A DNA stretch of 47,304 nt from Microgenomates group bacterium RIFCSPHIGHO2_01_FULL_45_11 (GTDB lineage: Bacteria; Patescibacteriota; Microgenomatia; UBA1400; 2-01-FULL-45-11). Every line of letters begins with the position of its first letter. Position 1 is the stretch's first letter. Positions 9,311 to 18,475 of the stretch are shown in pieces. The notes under the pieces were generated by a model, which worked only from the letters and a program-made list of their open reading frames with translations, was not told the DNA's origin and did not search any database. A program made the translations under genes and the position numbers. The stretch lies in NCBI GenBank assembly GCA_001803465.1, contig MHDE01000002.1, positions 1 through 47,304 of the forward strand, written 5' to 3'.

Positions 9311-10750
9311 CTACGTACTACGATCTACGTACTGACTAGCCATTGGCAGGGAAAAACTGAACGTGGAACCTTTGCCTAGCTGTGAAGTAAACCAAATTTT
9401 CCCTTTCATTTTCTCCACCAATTGTTTGACTATAAATAATCCCAAACCCGTTCCGGGAGTCCCCCTGGCCACCTCTTCTTCCGCCCGGAAAAACCGGGTG
9501 AAAATCTTTTTTTGGTCATCCTCGGAGATGCCTACCCCCTGGTCAGCCACGTGCGTCACCGCCAAGCCGTTCTGGATAATATGGCTCACCCGAATTGTCC
9601 CCTTTTCCGAATATTTAATGGCGTTGCTAACCAGGTTATTGACCACCTCTTTAACCCGGTCGGGATCAGCCATTACTTTCAGTTCCGTATTGACGCAGTC
9701 ATGGGTTAGGTCCAATTTTTTCTGTTGGGCTAAAGGCTTCAGGCTCTCTACCAGCTGCTCAATTAAAGGGCAAAGATCAAACTCTTTAGCGCTAATTGTC
9801 AGGGTTTTAGCCTCGCTTCTGGCAATTTGCAGTAAGTCGTTCACTAGGTTAACCAGCTGTAGATTACTGATATTTAGTTGATCAACCGCTTCTTTCAATT
9901 TATCTGGCACCTTACCAAAACTGCCCTCGCCAATCATCGATAAGTACCCGCGCATCGCCGTCACCGGATTTTTAAGTTCATGGGTGGCGATAAACACAAA
10001 CTCGTCTTTCAGTCGGTCTAAACGGCGCAAATCTCGGTTCGCTTTCTCAAGTTTCTGCGTCGCCTCTTCAAGTTTTGTATAAAGTGACGCATTTTGTACC
10101 GCCAAACCAACAATATCGGAGAAGCTTCGAATCAGATCCTTCTCATCGGCAGATACTTCAATCGGATCCTTACTCATAGAAAATATAAGCGCTCCAATTG
10201 CCTTGTTTCGAGCCAGCACTGGGTAGACTATGCTCGTTCGAATTCCCAGACTTTTTTGGATTTTAAGCGCCTCATCTTCGCTGAAAGACGGCATAAGAAT
10301 ATCCGGCCACTTCCTGGTTACGTGGGGAGCTTTCTGCCGCATTGTCTTAATCAAAATGTTGTCGCGGTAAGACAGAGGGATGACTATCTCATGAAAGGGT
10401 ATCGGCGACTCTTTAATCGCTTGCCGGGCTTTTTTAGTATGAGATATAGCTATCCGCTTTAACTGGCGATCTTTTTGATCCGTCAAGCATAAAACGACTA
10501 TTTGGTAGCCAAGTTTTAAATATCCGAGTTCCAAAAGCACGCTGTCGCAAATTTCTTGCACCACCTCGTTAAAATTGAGCGAATCGAGTATAATCTTCTC
10601 CAGCCGCCACAGGGCTGCTATAGTTTCTTTAGTTCGGGGAGTCGTTTGATAGACCATAAAAATAAATAGCCTGGGTAAATTTGCTTTACCCGCCTTTCCT
10701 TTCATAGTAACATAAGACGAGTTATCAGGAAACAAAAACGGTGAAACCAA
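9311..10750 (-). CDS. Cytoplasmic sensor histidine kinase with N-terminal GAF-like domain
   Basis: H-box FIATHELKNPVTAMRGYL, N-box NNLVSNAIKYS, G-boxes DQGVGI and GTGLGL, and no TM segment. The start is uncertain: ATG 10705 or 10657 are alternatives. The last 8 codons are read from a tacgtagatcg word repeat. Confidence 0.85.
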   Translation of the reverse strand: MVSPFLFPDNSSYVTMKGKAGKANLPRLFIFMVYQTTPRTKETIAALWRLEKIILDSLNFNEVVQEICDSVLLELGYLKLGYQIVVLCLTDQKDRQLKRIAISHTKKARQAIKESPIPFHEIVIPLSYRDNILIKTMRQKAPHVTRKWPDILMPSFSEDEALKIQKSLGIRTSIVYPVLARNKAIGALIFSMSKDPIEVSADEKDLIRSFSDIVGLAVQNASLYTKLEEATQKLEKANRDLRRLDRLKDEFVFIATHELKNPVTAMRGYLSMIGEGSFGKVPDKLKEAVDQLNISNLQLVNLVNDLLQIARSEAKTLTISAKEFDLCPLIEQLVESLKPLAQQKKLDLTHDCVNTELKVMADPDRVKEVVNNLVSNAIKYSEKGTIRVSHIIQNGLAVTHVADQGVGISEDDQKKIFTRFFRAEEEVARGTPGTGLGLFIVKQLVEKMKGKIWFTSQLGKGSTFSFSLPMASQYVDRST

Positions 10751-12153
10751 TCGAACTCGATAGCCAGTGGATTCAAGAAGTAATTGCCGGAAAGGGTTTT
10801 TTTGACTGGAACCTGGCCGCTTTCGAGAACAATATTAATATCCCATTCCCTCAATCACAACAATTAGAGGTTACTTTAAGAGATGAAAGTTTACGTGATG
10901 GTTTAGGTCCTTGTCCCAGAGAACCTAATTTTCAGGAGAAAAAAAACTATCTTAGTAAGGCTTCCTGGTATGCCCAGTTTCTTACTATAGGAATTTATTC
11001 GTCGCCAGATGGAAATAACTTATCGCGCAATGACCAAGAAACCCTAAATCTGGCTAAATGGATGGCGATAGAGATGCCAGAAACCAAACCAGTAGTTTTA
11101 GCTAGAGCCAACACCCACGACATTAATTTTCTGGAAAGAGTCCGTCAAAAAAATCCCAACCTAGTTGCCATCATCTTTCAGGATTTATCTGAAGTTCGCC
11201 GCCGCGTCGAGGCGTGGGGCAAGTTTGAAATAGTGTTGGGAAACCTTGTCAGCAATGTCCAAGAAGCCAAAGACCGCGGTATTTCAGTTATGGCCTTTAC
11301 CGAAAACTTATCCATCACCCATCCTGATCAGGTTAAAGAGTACGTCTTAGCTATGTGCGCCGTCGCCGACTATATTGGCATTGCCGATACTGCCGGCCGA
11401 CTTGTTCCTCAAGGAGCCTACTTCTTGACACAGACGGTTAAAGAGACAATCGAGGAGTACCGACGACAGGCAGGTGACACCCGTAAAATCGGCATTGTCT
11501 TCCACGGCCACGACGACTTGAAAAATGCCGTTCCCAATTCTATGGCTGCAATAGCGGCCGGCGCCACCGTCGTCGACGCGGTTACCAACGGCATCGGCGA
11601 AAGAGTAGGGAATACCGATTTAATTACTATGGTTGGCGACATTGAACATCACCGTCGGGTCATCGCCAAATCAGCCAAATTTTCGTACGAGCCACGCTTT
11701 AACCTCAAAGAGCTTGAAGAGTTATCCCAATTGTATGCTCGCATCACCGGCGTAGAGCCAGGCGAATTCCACCCCCTTGTCGGTGAGCGAGCCTTCACCA
11801 CTAATTTTGGTATACACGCCGCCTTTTACCTCAAAGTTGAAACCTGGGCTGCCCAAATGGCAGACGCGGGTTACGATCGGGAAACCGTTACAGCCTTTAA
11901 GCATGAAGTCTGGCGTTTATATTCTGCCTTATCGCCAGCCGACGTCGATAAACATCCTGACATTCGTGTTTCCTCTTTATCCGGTGCCGCCAACGTCATT
12001 CTCTGGGCGTTCTATCAGAATCTTATCGAAGACGCCCGCAATCTTGACAAAGACACTCCCTTCGTCCAAGCAGCCTTGAGTATGGCCAAAGCCGGTTGGG
12101 GTGAGCTATCCGATGAGACATTGATGGGCTTGTGGCGTCAGCATCGCCCCTAG
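10741..12153 (+). CDS. DRE-TIM metallolyase family protein (2-isopropylmalate/citramalate/homocitrate synthase or HMG-CoA-lyase-like)
   Basis: VTLRDESLRDGLG (RDG metal/substrate motif) and VFHGHDDLKNAVPNSMAAIAAGATVVDAVTNGIGERVGNTDL (HxH plus NGIGERxGN motif). GTG start. Confidence 0.8.
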   Translation: MKPIELDSQWIQEVIAGKGFFDWNLAAFENNINIPFPQSQQLEVTLRDESLRDGLGPCPREPNFQEKKNYLSKASWYAQFLTIGIYSSPDGNNLSRNDQETLNLAKWMAIEMPETKPVVLARANTHDINFLERVRQKNPNLVAIIFQDLSEVRRRVEAWGKFEIVLGNLVSNVQEAKDRGISVMAFTENLSITHPDQVKEYVLAMCAVADYIGIADTAGRLVPQGAYFLTQTVKETIEEYRRQAGDTRKIGIVFHGHDDLKNAVPNSMAAIAAGATVVDAVTNGIGERVGNTDLITMVGDIEHHRRVIAKSAKFSYEPRFNLKELEELSQLYARITGVEPGEFHPLVGERAFTTNFGIHAAFYLKVETWAAQMADAGYDRETVTAFKHEVWRLYSALSPADVDKHPDIRVSSLSGAANVILWAFYQNLIEDARNLDKDTPFVQAALSMAKAGWGELSDETLMGLWRQHRP

Positions 12154-12160
12154 TGTGATA

Positions 12161-12294
12161 TAATCGCCAGATTATCGGCAGTCTCGCCAAAGGCGGACAA
12201 CGTCTAATCGCCAGATTATCGGCAGTCTCGCCAAAGGCGGACAACGTCTAATCGCCAGATTATCGGCAGTTTTGCTTTTTGAGCAAAACAACGT
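12161..12294 (+). repeat. Three tandem 44-nt units in the intergenic leader of the aconitase-family gene
   Basis: Units start at 12161, 12205 and 12249. Units 1 and 2 are identical (taatcgccagattatcggcagtctcgccaaaggcggacaacgtc). Unit 3 keeps the flanks but swaps the hairpin gtctcgcc-aaa-ggcggac for gttttgc-tttttga-gcaaaac. Confidence 0.9.
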
Positions 12295-12309
12295 ACAATT
12301 CCTCCCACT

Positions 12310-14220
12310 ATGTTTCCCGAAGGCATCAAACCATTTCGTGTTGATATTCCCAACATTTCCACCGACCAGTTAACGCGTGTCACCGACGTTCTTCACACCG
12401 ATCCCGAGTCTATTCGTAGATCACTGCTTTTGGGTTTATCACCCGAAACCAATTCTCAAATTACGGCGGGGGATTGGAATATTCTTTTCGCCGGCTCCTC
12501 GTTTGGCATTGGCTCTTCCCGAGAAAATTCGGCCGAAGCCATTGCTCGTAATGGTTTTCGAGTAGCCGCTGCCGAGTCCTTTGGCCCCATTTTCAGAGCC
12601 AACCTCATCAATCAAGGCGTCATTCCCGTCACCAACGAGGCAGCGAGACTCAGGCTGGAGAATGGCGAGAACTTAGACTTTGACACCCTTACCTCCGAAC
12701 TTCCCGAAGGCGAAAAAACCATTCTTGTCTACGGCGGACTACCTGGTTATCTCACGGCTATCGCCCGAGGCATAGAAGAACTACCTCAAAAGTTCATTCC
12801 GGAAAGAAAGGCCTTTCCTCAAACCACAGTGGAAAAAATCATCTCCCGATTGGCTACGCAACTACTTCGTCAAACCTATCCTGATGAAGCTGACCGCTGT
12901 CTTCAGGCAGGTGACACCGTCATTCTTCGTCCCGACCTCTTTGTCGGCTACGACGTTTTTTGGGTTCATGTCCAACGCGTACTGGCTCAACACTTTGATT
13001 CGAAAACCAATGTTGATCCCCGAAAAATCTGGCTTTCCTGGGATCACTTTCGGGATTCAACTGACTCCCGGGCAGTCACCGCCGTAAAATTGGTGCAAGA
13101 TTTTTGGCAAGCCCATCCCGATACGTTCATCGGCAACGACGGTGTTTACAACCAAGTCATTCCTCGGCACTTGAAGCCCGGTTCAGTCATAGCCGCCATG
13201 GATTCTCATTCTGACGAATTTGGTAAAGTTCCTGGTGTTTTCAACATCCCCGAAGGCTACACGCCCTTTGCCTGTGCCTTGGCTACTGGCGGACTGACTC
13301 CTTATACTATTCCCGAATCAATACAACTTAATATTATTGGCAAATTGCCGTCCCACACTGATATTAAAGATGCTATTTTCAATATGATTATGCGCCATTT
13401 TTCTGAAAAAGCAGGTGACGGAGCCATGTTTGAAATCGGCGGCACCGGTTATCAAAAACTATCGTATGAAGAAGCGTCAAAAGTCTTCAACGCTGTCACC
13501 GAATTCGGCGGCATTGGCGCCATCGGTATCGACCCTAACCCCAACGTTATTGACTACCTTCGCCGTCACGGCACGGGTTTAAATGGTTGGACAGACGAAG
13601 ATCTAGAGCGTTTATTTTCTCGTCTTCTGCCGGAAACAGGCGCTTCCTATCGCCAGTCTCTCACTGTCAACCTAGCCGACACTATTCCTGTTATAGTTGG
13701 TCCTCATACTCACAAGCGGGTTATTCCCTTAGACCAGCTCTCAGAGGCAATTTTTTTCAACCGAATCATTATCAACTCTTGTGGCGGTTCCTCATTACTG
13801 GATTTGGCTATATTGGCTGAAGTTCTTAATGAGTCATCTCCCGTCATCCACATAGATATCCAGATTGCCGATCCCTTGACTAGAATTTATGCTGAGCGAT
13901 TGGGCATCATTACTGCATTAAGAGAAAAAGACGAATGGGTACGCCTTGCCGACAGCCATACCTGCGGCCCATGTTTAGGCAGCGGTGCCGCCGTTCAAGA
14001 AGGCGAGATAGTCTTATCTACCAACAATCGTAATTACCGTACCCGCATGGGTCATCCTAACTCCGAAGTTTATTTAGCTTCGTCAGTTGTCGCTGCCGTC
14101 ACTGCTACTCTCGGACGCGCCCCGACCGACCAAGAAATCCGTCAATATGAATCAGCCATTCTTAGAGCCAAAGCCGAAGTCAAAGCAGCTATGCAACAGG
14201 GATTAGTTCTGGCTGGTTGA
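12310..14220 (+). CDS. Aconitase-family dehydratase with permuted domain order: LeuD-like swivel domain at the N-terminus fused to a LeuC-like catalytic domain
   Basis: N-terminal GSSRENSAEAIARNGFRVAAAESFGPIFRANLINQGVIPV is LeuD-like. The C-terminal part has MDSHSD, INSCGGSS and HTCGPCLGSGA...STNNRNYRTRMGHPNSEVYLASSVVAA, that is three Fe-S Cys ligands and the NRNF-like motif of LeuC/aconitase. Confidence 0.85.
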   Translation: MFPEGIKPFRVDIPNISTDQLTRVTDVLHTDPESIRRSLLLGLSPETNSQITAGDWNILFAGSSFGIGSSRENSAEAIARNGFRVAAAESFGPIFRANLINQGVIPVTNEAARLRLENGENLDFDTLTSELPEGEKTILVYGGLPGYLTAIARGIEELPQKFIPERKAFPQTTVEKIISRLATQLLRQTYPDEADRCLQAGDTVILRPDLFVGYDVFWVHVQRVLAQHFDSKTNVDPRKIWLSWDHFRDSTDSRAVTAVKLVQDFWQAHPDTFIGNDGVYNQVIPRHLKPGSVIAAMDSHSDEFGKVPGVFNIPEGYTPFACALATGGLTPYTIPESIQLNIIGKLPSHTDIKDAIFNMIMRHFSEKAGDGAMFEIGGTGYQKLSYEEASKVFNAVTEFGGIGAIGIDPNPNVIDYLRRHGTGLNGWTDEDLERLFSRLLPETGASYRQSLTVNLADTIPVIVGPHTHKRVIPLDQLSEAIFFNRIIINSCGGSSLLDLAILAEVLNESSPVIHIDIQIADPLTRIYAERLGIITALREKDEWVRLADSHTCGPCLGSGAAVQEGEIVLSTNNRNYRTRMGHPNSEVYLASSVVAAVTATLGRAPTDQEIRQYESAILRAKAEVKAAMQQGLVLAG

Positions 14221-15085
14221 TAAACTCAAGCACCGCAGTTGCCAATTCTGGCCCTTCGATCCCTAAATTAATTAGTCTCGAAAAATCAGCCTGGTTATAG
14301 AAAGCTTCCTTTGTCTCCTTGCTGTCTAACGATACTTCTAAAATGCCTTCAATCACCTTCCTGGGCACGTGCCCGTCACGGATAACTCTGGCATTGACGC
14401 TATCAATGATAGTCAGCGAACCGCCTACATCATTTCGGACTGGATGAGGATGAAACAACAATAACAGTACTTGTTCTCCAAATGGCCGTAGGTGGTCAAC
14501 GGCGTATCTGATCCGCTGATATTCCTTTCCGCCATGAGGTCCCAGTGCCGTCACCGCCATAAAGCCAACCCCCGCCTCGTTCACAGAACTAATCAACCCA
14601 CTCATTTCCGGGTTACCGGTTGGGTCAATGTTATAGATGACGTCGTAGTCACCACCGCTACTTCGAATAGACGCCGGAATAGCTTTATTGGCCTCGGGTA
14701 GCAGGGGATAGGCCACATGCACCAAACTGCCGATTCGTCTCTGCCATTTAGAAGGTTGAGTCACCTGCTTACGAAGTTCGGGATGAACCAAGTCGAGGTC
14801 TATAAACGGCGATAAGTCCTCATGAAACATCATCGAGCTAAAAGGCCTATTTGTATCCGGATCACCTTTAATAGCCAGCGCTGAAGCTATCGCTTCCTGA
14901 CTGTCTGCCCGCATAAATAAGCCAATCACGCTCCGTCGCCACTGGGCAGCGACTATGCCGCCATCAGCAATTATTTGGGTCGCTTCCCTAACGTCTTCAG
15001 GGTTAGCCAGCGATCCCAGTCGAAATTGCTCGACTTGAATCGGTTGTTCCACTAACTGCAATGTCTCTAGTGCCAAAGTTGCCAT
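14189..15085 (-). CDS. Divergent YrdC/Sua5-like fold protein
   Basis: ADGGIVAAQ..VIGLFMRADSQEAIASALAIKGDPDTNRP, then MAVTALGPHGG and GGSLTIIDSV.ARVIRDG, align by eye with the YrdC pattern (viayPTe.vyGl...K.RP...TSAN.SG...STivD...ilR.G). Converges on the upstream gene and overlaps it by 32 nt. Confidence 0.55.
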   Translation of the reverse strand: MATLALETLQLVEQPIQVEQFRLGSLANPEDVREATQIIADGGIVAAQWRRSVIGLFMRADSQEAIASALAIKGDPDTNRPFSSMMFHEDLSPFIDLDLVHPELRKQVTQPSKWQRRIGSLVHVAYPLLPEANKAIPASIRSSGGDYDVIYNIDPTGNPEMSGLISSVNEAGVGFMAVTALGPHGGKEYQRIRYAVDHLRPFGEQVLLLLFHPHPVRNDVGGSLTIIDSVNARVIRDGHVPRKVIEGILEVSLDSKETKEAFYNQADFSRLINLGIEGPELATAVLEFINQPELIPVA

Positions 15086-15170
15086 AAGCTTGCTTGTATT
15101 CTACCAGAAAGAAGTGCTAATAATTATAGCAGTACCTACTATTGCAGCTCACCAAGAGGAGGTGAATACC

Positions 15171-15479
15171 ATGATTACTGCATTCTTAGCTGGTTTCTTT
15201 GTCTTTAATGCCATTCCTCATCTGGTGCAGGGGATTTCTGGCAAAACCCACATGACGCCGTTTAAGCGGGTGTCCTCACCAAGCCTCAACGTTGTCTGGG
15301 CCTTTGTCAATTTGTTCTTTGGCGTTTTGCTCTTGGGCTTTGACCCGATTACAGGAGAAGTCAACCATCCGGCCGGCGCCAATTTCTGGGCCTTTTTTAT
15401 CGGCGGCTTAATCGTTTCGCTCGTCGCCGCCCAACTTTTTGGCAAGCCCAACGCCCGCCTCCCCTGGCACAAAGACTAA
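15171..15479 (+). CDS. Small integral membrane protein (about 3 TM)
   Basis: ATG 15171 is preceded by the strong SD aagaggaggtg. The product is hydrophobic. The track ORF started at TTG 15090. Confidence 0.6.
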   Translation: MITAFLAGFFVFNAIPHLVQGISGKTHMTPFKRVSSPSLNVVWAFVNLFFGVLLLGFDPITGEVNHPAGANFWAFFIGGLIVSLVAAQLFGKPNARLPWHKD

Positions 15480-15512
15480 TCGCCAAAGCGATAAAAATTC
15501 TGTAGGGAACAA

Positions 15513-15749
15513 TTAGCGTTGCTGTTCGTGTCGATATTCGGCCAAAGCGCCATAAACGGGCAGTGACAGGCCTGCTATTAATCCGGGAATGGCCAAGACT
15601 GCTATCGTCGACTGGGGAATTTCTATTAACTCAGCACCCTTTACTAACAAGACAGCTGTCAATTCTATGCCAAATGCAGCAAACATTCTCGCCCGCGCCT
15701 CATCCGCGGTTGTCCCAGCAATTGTCTCCTTCAATTGAGTCAGATTCAT
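15513..15749 (-). CDS. Small hypothetical membrane protein
   Basis: 78-aa ORF with two hydrophobic segments and no recognisable domain. Confidence 0.4.
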   Translation of the reverse strand: MNLTQLKETIAGTTADEARARMFAAFGIELTAVLLVKGAELIEIPQSTIAVLAIPGLIAGLSLPVYGALAEYRHEQQR

Positions 15750-15893
15750 AGGCGTGATTATGGCACACTACGTCAAGAATCGCTTTCAGAGTATCATCAT
15801 ACCTTGACACCGAATTTACTTGACAAGTACGCAAAAAAGAGATAAATCTAGCAAAGAAGTTATAATACAACATCTCGCTGCTAAAAACTCAGA

Positions 15894-16880
15894 ATGCTAA
15901 AAGAAGTAGTCAGAGCTACCATCCATTCCCAGCAAGTGTCTTGTGATGACCAGCCCTTGGAAGCTTATGAGGTGCTGGAATTTCACGGGTTGAAAACATT
16001 CACTCTGGAAGGAAGTCAGGCTAGACTGTTGCTTGAAGCCGCGCATAGTGGTAACGGAGTGAACGCTATCGGTTGGGACGTTCCCAGCCCTAGCTTTAGA
16101 CCTGAAGGATTTTCTGTGGATACAAGATGGGAATTTGGGTTTGGAAATAATCCCAGACGACCTTCATCAGTGGCATTTGGCATTCCGCCGGCTCTGACCG
16201 CAGAATACCTGGGTCACCCAGAAAGGGATTTCTGGCTTCCGCTCATTAGTCAGCAAGACCTGCAACCCCATCCGGAGGCGGTAGGGCTTGTTCCTGGAGG
16301 CAATGAGAAATGGCGGCGGCATTACGTTGCCATCAGCCCGGTAATCAGGACCAATTTTTACGGCATCAACATTCCTACGGAAGACCGAACCCATTCCCAA
16401 AATGGTTTTACCGGTAGGGGCATGTACATTTTAGAATTTGGCCATTGGTCTGAAGAATCAGATCATTGCGAGTTTAAGTTAGGGATGGCGCTCATCGCCG
16501 ACGTTGATCAGAAAGTACGCATTTACGGAAGCGATTGGCAGGCTCCTCGCTTATCCCTGGGTAATGAAACGACCCAAGCGATAATGCACAGACTGGCTAC
16601 AGCAAACCTATTCTTTAACAATTTAAAAGAAGGGAAGTCATACTCGTGGTTAAAAACCGGCTTTCCGCTCCACATTGTCGACGCAGTCAGATCATTTGTT
16701 ACTGGTCCTTACTATCACCGTGATCAGCAAGATTTCAAGATGAATTGGGGGGCAACCATAAAAGACAGATATGGAATTAATCTAATAGAACTTCTCCAGG
16801 CAATACCGCCAGCTGAGCAAAGAATCGAATACCAACGTTTGCAAGAAGCAGCGCGATTAGTTCTCTACAATAATCACTAA
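15894..16880 (+). CDS. Hypothetical protein (328 aa), no recognisable domain
   Basis: Long ORF with normal composition, flanked by noncoding DNA on both sides. Confidence 0.7.
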   Translation: MLKEVVRATIHSQQVSCDDQPLEAYEVLEFHGLKTFTLEGSQARLLLEAAHSGNGVNAIGWDVPSPSFRPEGFSVDTRWEFGFGNNPRRPSSVAFGIPPALTAEYLGHPERDFWLPLISQQDLQPHPEAVGLVPGGNEKWRRHYVAISPVIRTNFYGINIPTEDRTHSQNGFTGRGMYILEFGHWSEESDHCEFKLGMALIADVDQKVRIYGSDWQAPRLSLGNETTQAIMHRLATANLFFNNLKEGKSYSWLKTGFPLHIVDAVRSFVTGPYYHRDQQDFKMNWGATIKDRYGINLIELLQAIPPAEQRIEYQRLQEAARLVLYNNH

Positions 16881-16938
16881 ATTTCACCACCGAAGATTGA
16901 CAAATATTCACTCGCTGTAAATGCAAACAAACCAGTAA

Positions 16939-17196
16939 TTAGAAACTAAAGAATATTCCTTCAAGCACATTTTTGTCTATCTCAGGTCTTTGTGCTCGTA
17001 TCTCTTCCAAAGTTAGATAACCAGTTGCCGCAAGCGCTCCTTCTACTATTTCTGCCCTTAAATAACCGGCATAGGAAGGAGCAGTAAGAAAGGTCGCCCA
17101 AGTATCTTTTGCTACATGGAGCAGCTGTTGTCGCACCTCGGCGATGAAGACAGACTCTCCAGAATTTACCATTTCGTCAGTCATTTCCTCCTCCAA
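16939..17196 (-). CDS. Hypothetical small acidic protein
   Basis: 85-aa ORF convergent with the previous gene. GGAGGA lies just upstream of its ATG on the minus strand. Confidence 0.5.
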   Translation of the reverse strand: MEEEMTDEMVNSGESVFIAEVRQQLLHVAKDTWATFLTAPSYAGYLRAEIVEGALAATGYLTLEEIRAQRPEIDKNVLEGIFFSF

Positions 17197-17442
17197 ATTT
17201 TAAAGTATCAAGAGAGGATTATACACCCTAGTCAAATTCTACGATAAAAAAGTGAAGAAAATATCCAACCGCTATTTTAATATAATATTATATAATATCT
17301 ATCTCTGGCTTTTAGCCAGAGCGATGTTACAAACTTTGCTTATTTCAAGATATCAATAGCTTTTTTCCTTAGCGAAACAAGCTAAGCTTATAATATTAAA
17401 GTATTACTGTTTACAAACTCTTTCCTGATATATAATAACGTC

Positions 17443-18354
17443 ATGAAAATGGTCGGCGGGCTGATAATTCTAGTCGTGACTTTCTGGTTGGCGAGCATAC
17501 CAGTATTCGCCCAGCGCCAGCCAACTCCGACTCCGTCCCCAGCACCCACTACTGAAACAGCTACTCATTCCGCCACCGCCACTCCCTCTGCCGTTGTCGA
17601 AAAAGTCATCGTCGTTGAAAAGCCAGACATCACCGAACCAACCGTCGAAACCAAAGGTCGTCTCGAGCGCTATTTAGACGAGCAGCGGCTCGGACCCTTA
17701 AACTATACCAACTTTCTTCGCTACTCCATCCGCCAAGCTGTTAGTCGTGGCGTGCCCGCCAACACAATCGTTCTTATCCTGCTTTTTCCGGTCGTGGCCG
17801 CCATCATTGCTGCCAGCCGCCACCTCTTGGGCATCCGCGGTTTTGGTATTTTTACCCCCGCCGTTTTGTCAGTCGCTTTTGTTGCCACCGGCCTCGTCAG
17901 CGGCATTCTTTTATTCCTAGTCATCCTCCTAGTGGCCGACCTCGGTCAGCGCCTTTTGAAACGCTTAAAGCTCCAATACCTGCCGCGTATGGCCTTGCTC
18001 CTTTGGTTTGTGTCACTCGGGGTCTTTGCCGTTATCTTTTTAACCTCTCTGGTTAATTTCGGCACGATTACCAACTTAAATATTTTCCCCATCTTAATTA
18101 TGGTTCTTATTGCCGAAACCGTCATTGAAGTCCGCATCGGCAAAAGTCCCAAGGAAGCTGCAGATCTAACCATTGAAACCATCATTCTGGCAGTCGTTAG
18201 CGGCCTCATTTTAAGCCTCGACCTTGTTCAGAAGAGCGCCCTTTTAAACCCCGAAATCCTGGTTCTGTCCGTGGCTATTTTTGATATTTTTGTCGGCAAG
18301 TTCGTCGGCCTCCGCCTGTTGGAGTACCTTAAGTACAGGAAGCTACTCAAATAG
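17443..18354 (+). CDS. Secreted-linker plus 7-TM membrane protein (7TM_transglut/UUP1-like module)
   Basis: Signal-like N-terminus, a Pro/Thr-rich linker, then seven hydrophobic helices including HLLGIRGFGIFTPAVLSVAFVATG. Lies upstream of the ATP-grasp genes, as in the known 7TM/ATP-grasp association. Confidence 0.75.
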   Translation: MKMVGGLIILVVTFWLASIPVFAQRQPTPTPSPAPTTETATHSATATPSAVVEKVIVVEKPDITEPTVETKGRLERYLDEQRLGPLNYTNFLRYSIRQAVSRGVPANTIVLILLFPVVAAIIAASRHLLGIRGFGIFTPAVLSVAFVATGLVSGILLFLVILLVADLGQRLLKRLKLQYLPRMALLLWFVSLGVFAVIFLTSLVNFGTITNLNIFPILIMVLIAETVIEVRIGKSPKEAADLTIETIILAVVSGLILSLDLVQKSALLNPEILVLSVAIFDIFVGKFVGLRLLEYLKYRKLLK

Positions 18355-18475
18355 AAGTATGAATCAAGTATCAAAGAACCTAGTCAAACTTTCCCCATAA
18401 TTCGTAAGTCATGATTCTTATTTCGAATCATTCAATCAAAAGAAATCTTCAAGTTTAGATAATCTGCAAAAGAAT

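Noticed and set aside
9363-12244. Antisense or embedded ORFs within the histidine kinase and LeuA-like genes (9363-9881, 9512-9709, 10094-10462, 11418-11642, 11722-11904, 11777-12079, 12023-12244)
   Set aside because: They are fully nested in longer ORFs that carry clear family motifs. 12023-12244 additionally runs through the tandem repeats.
12161-12294. Tandem 44-nt repeats and the palindrome arrays, considered as a CRISPR array
   Set aside because: The repeats are directly contiguous with no spacers. The palindromes in the arrays all differ from one another and have irregular spacing. No cas genes are present in the window.
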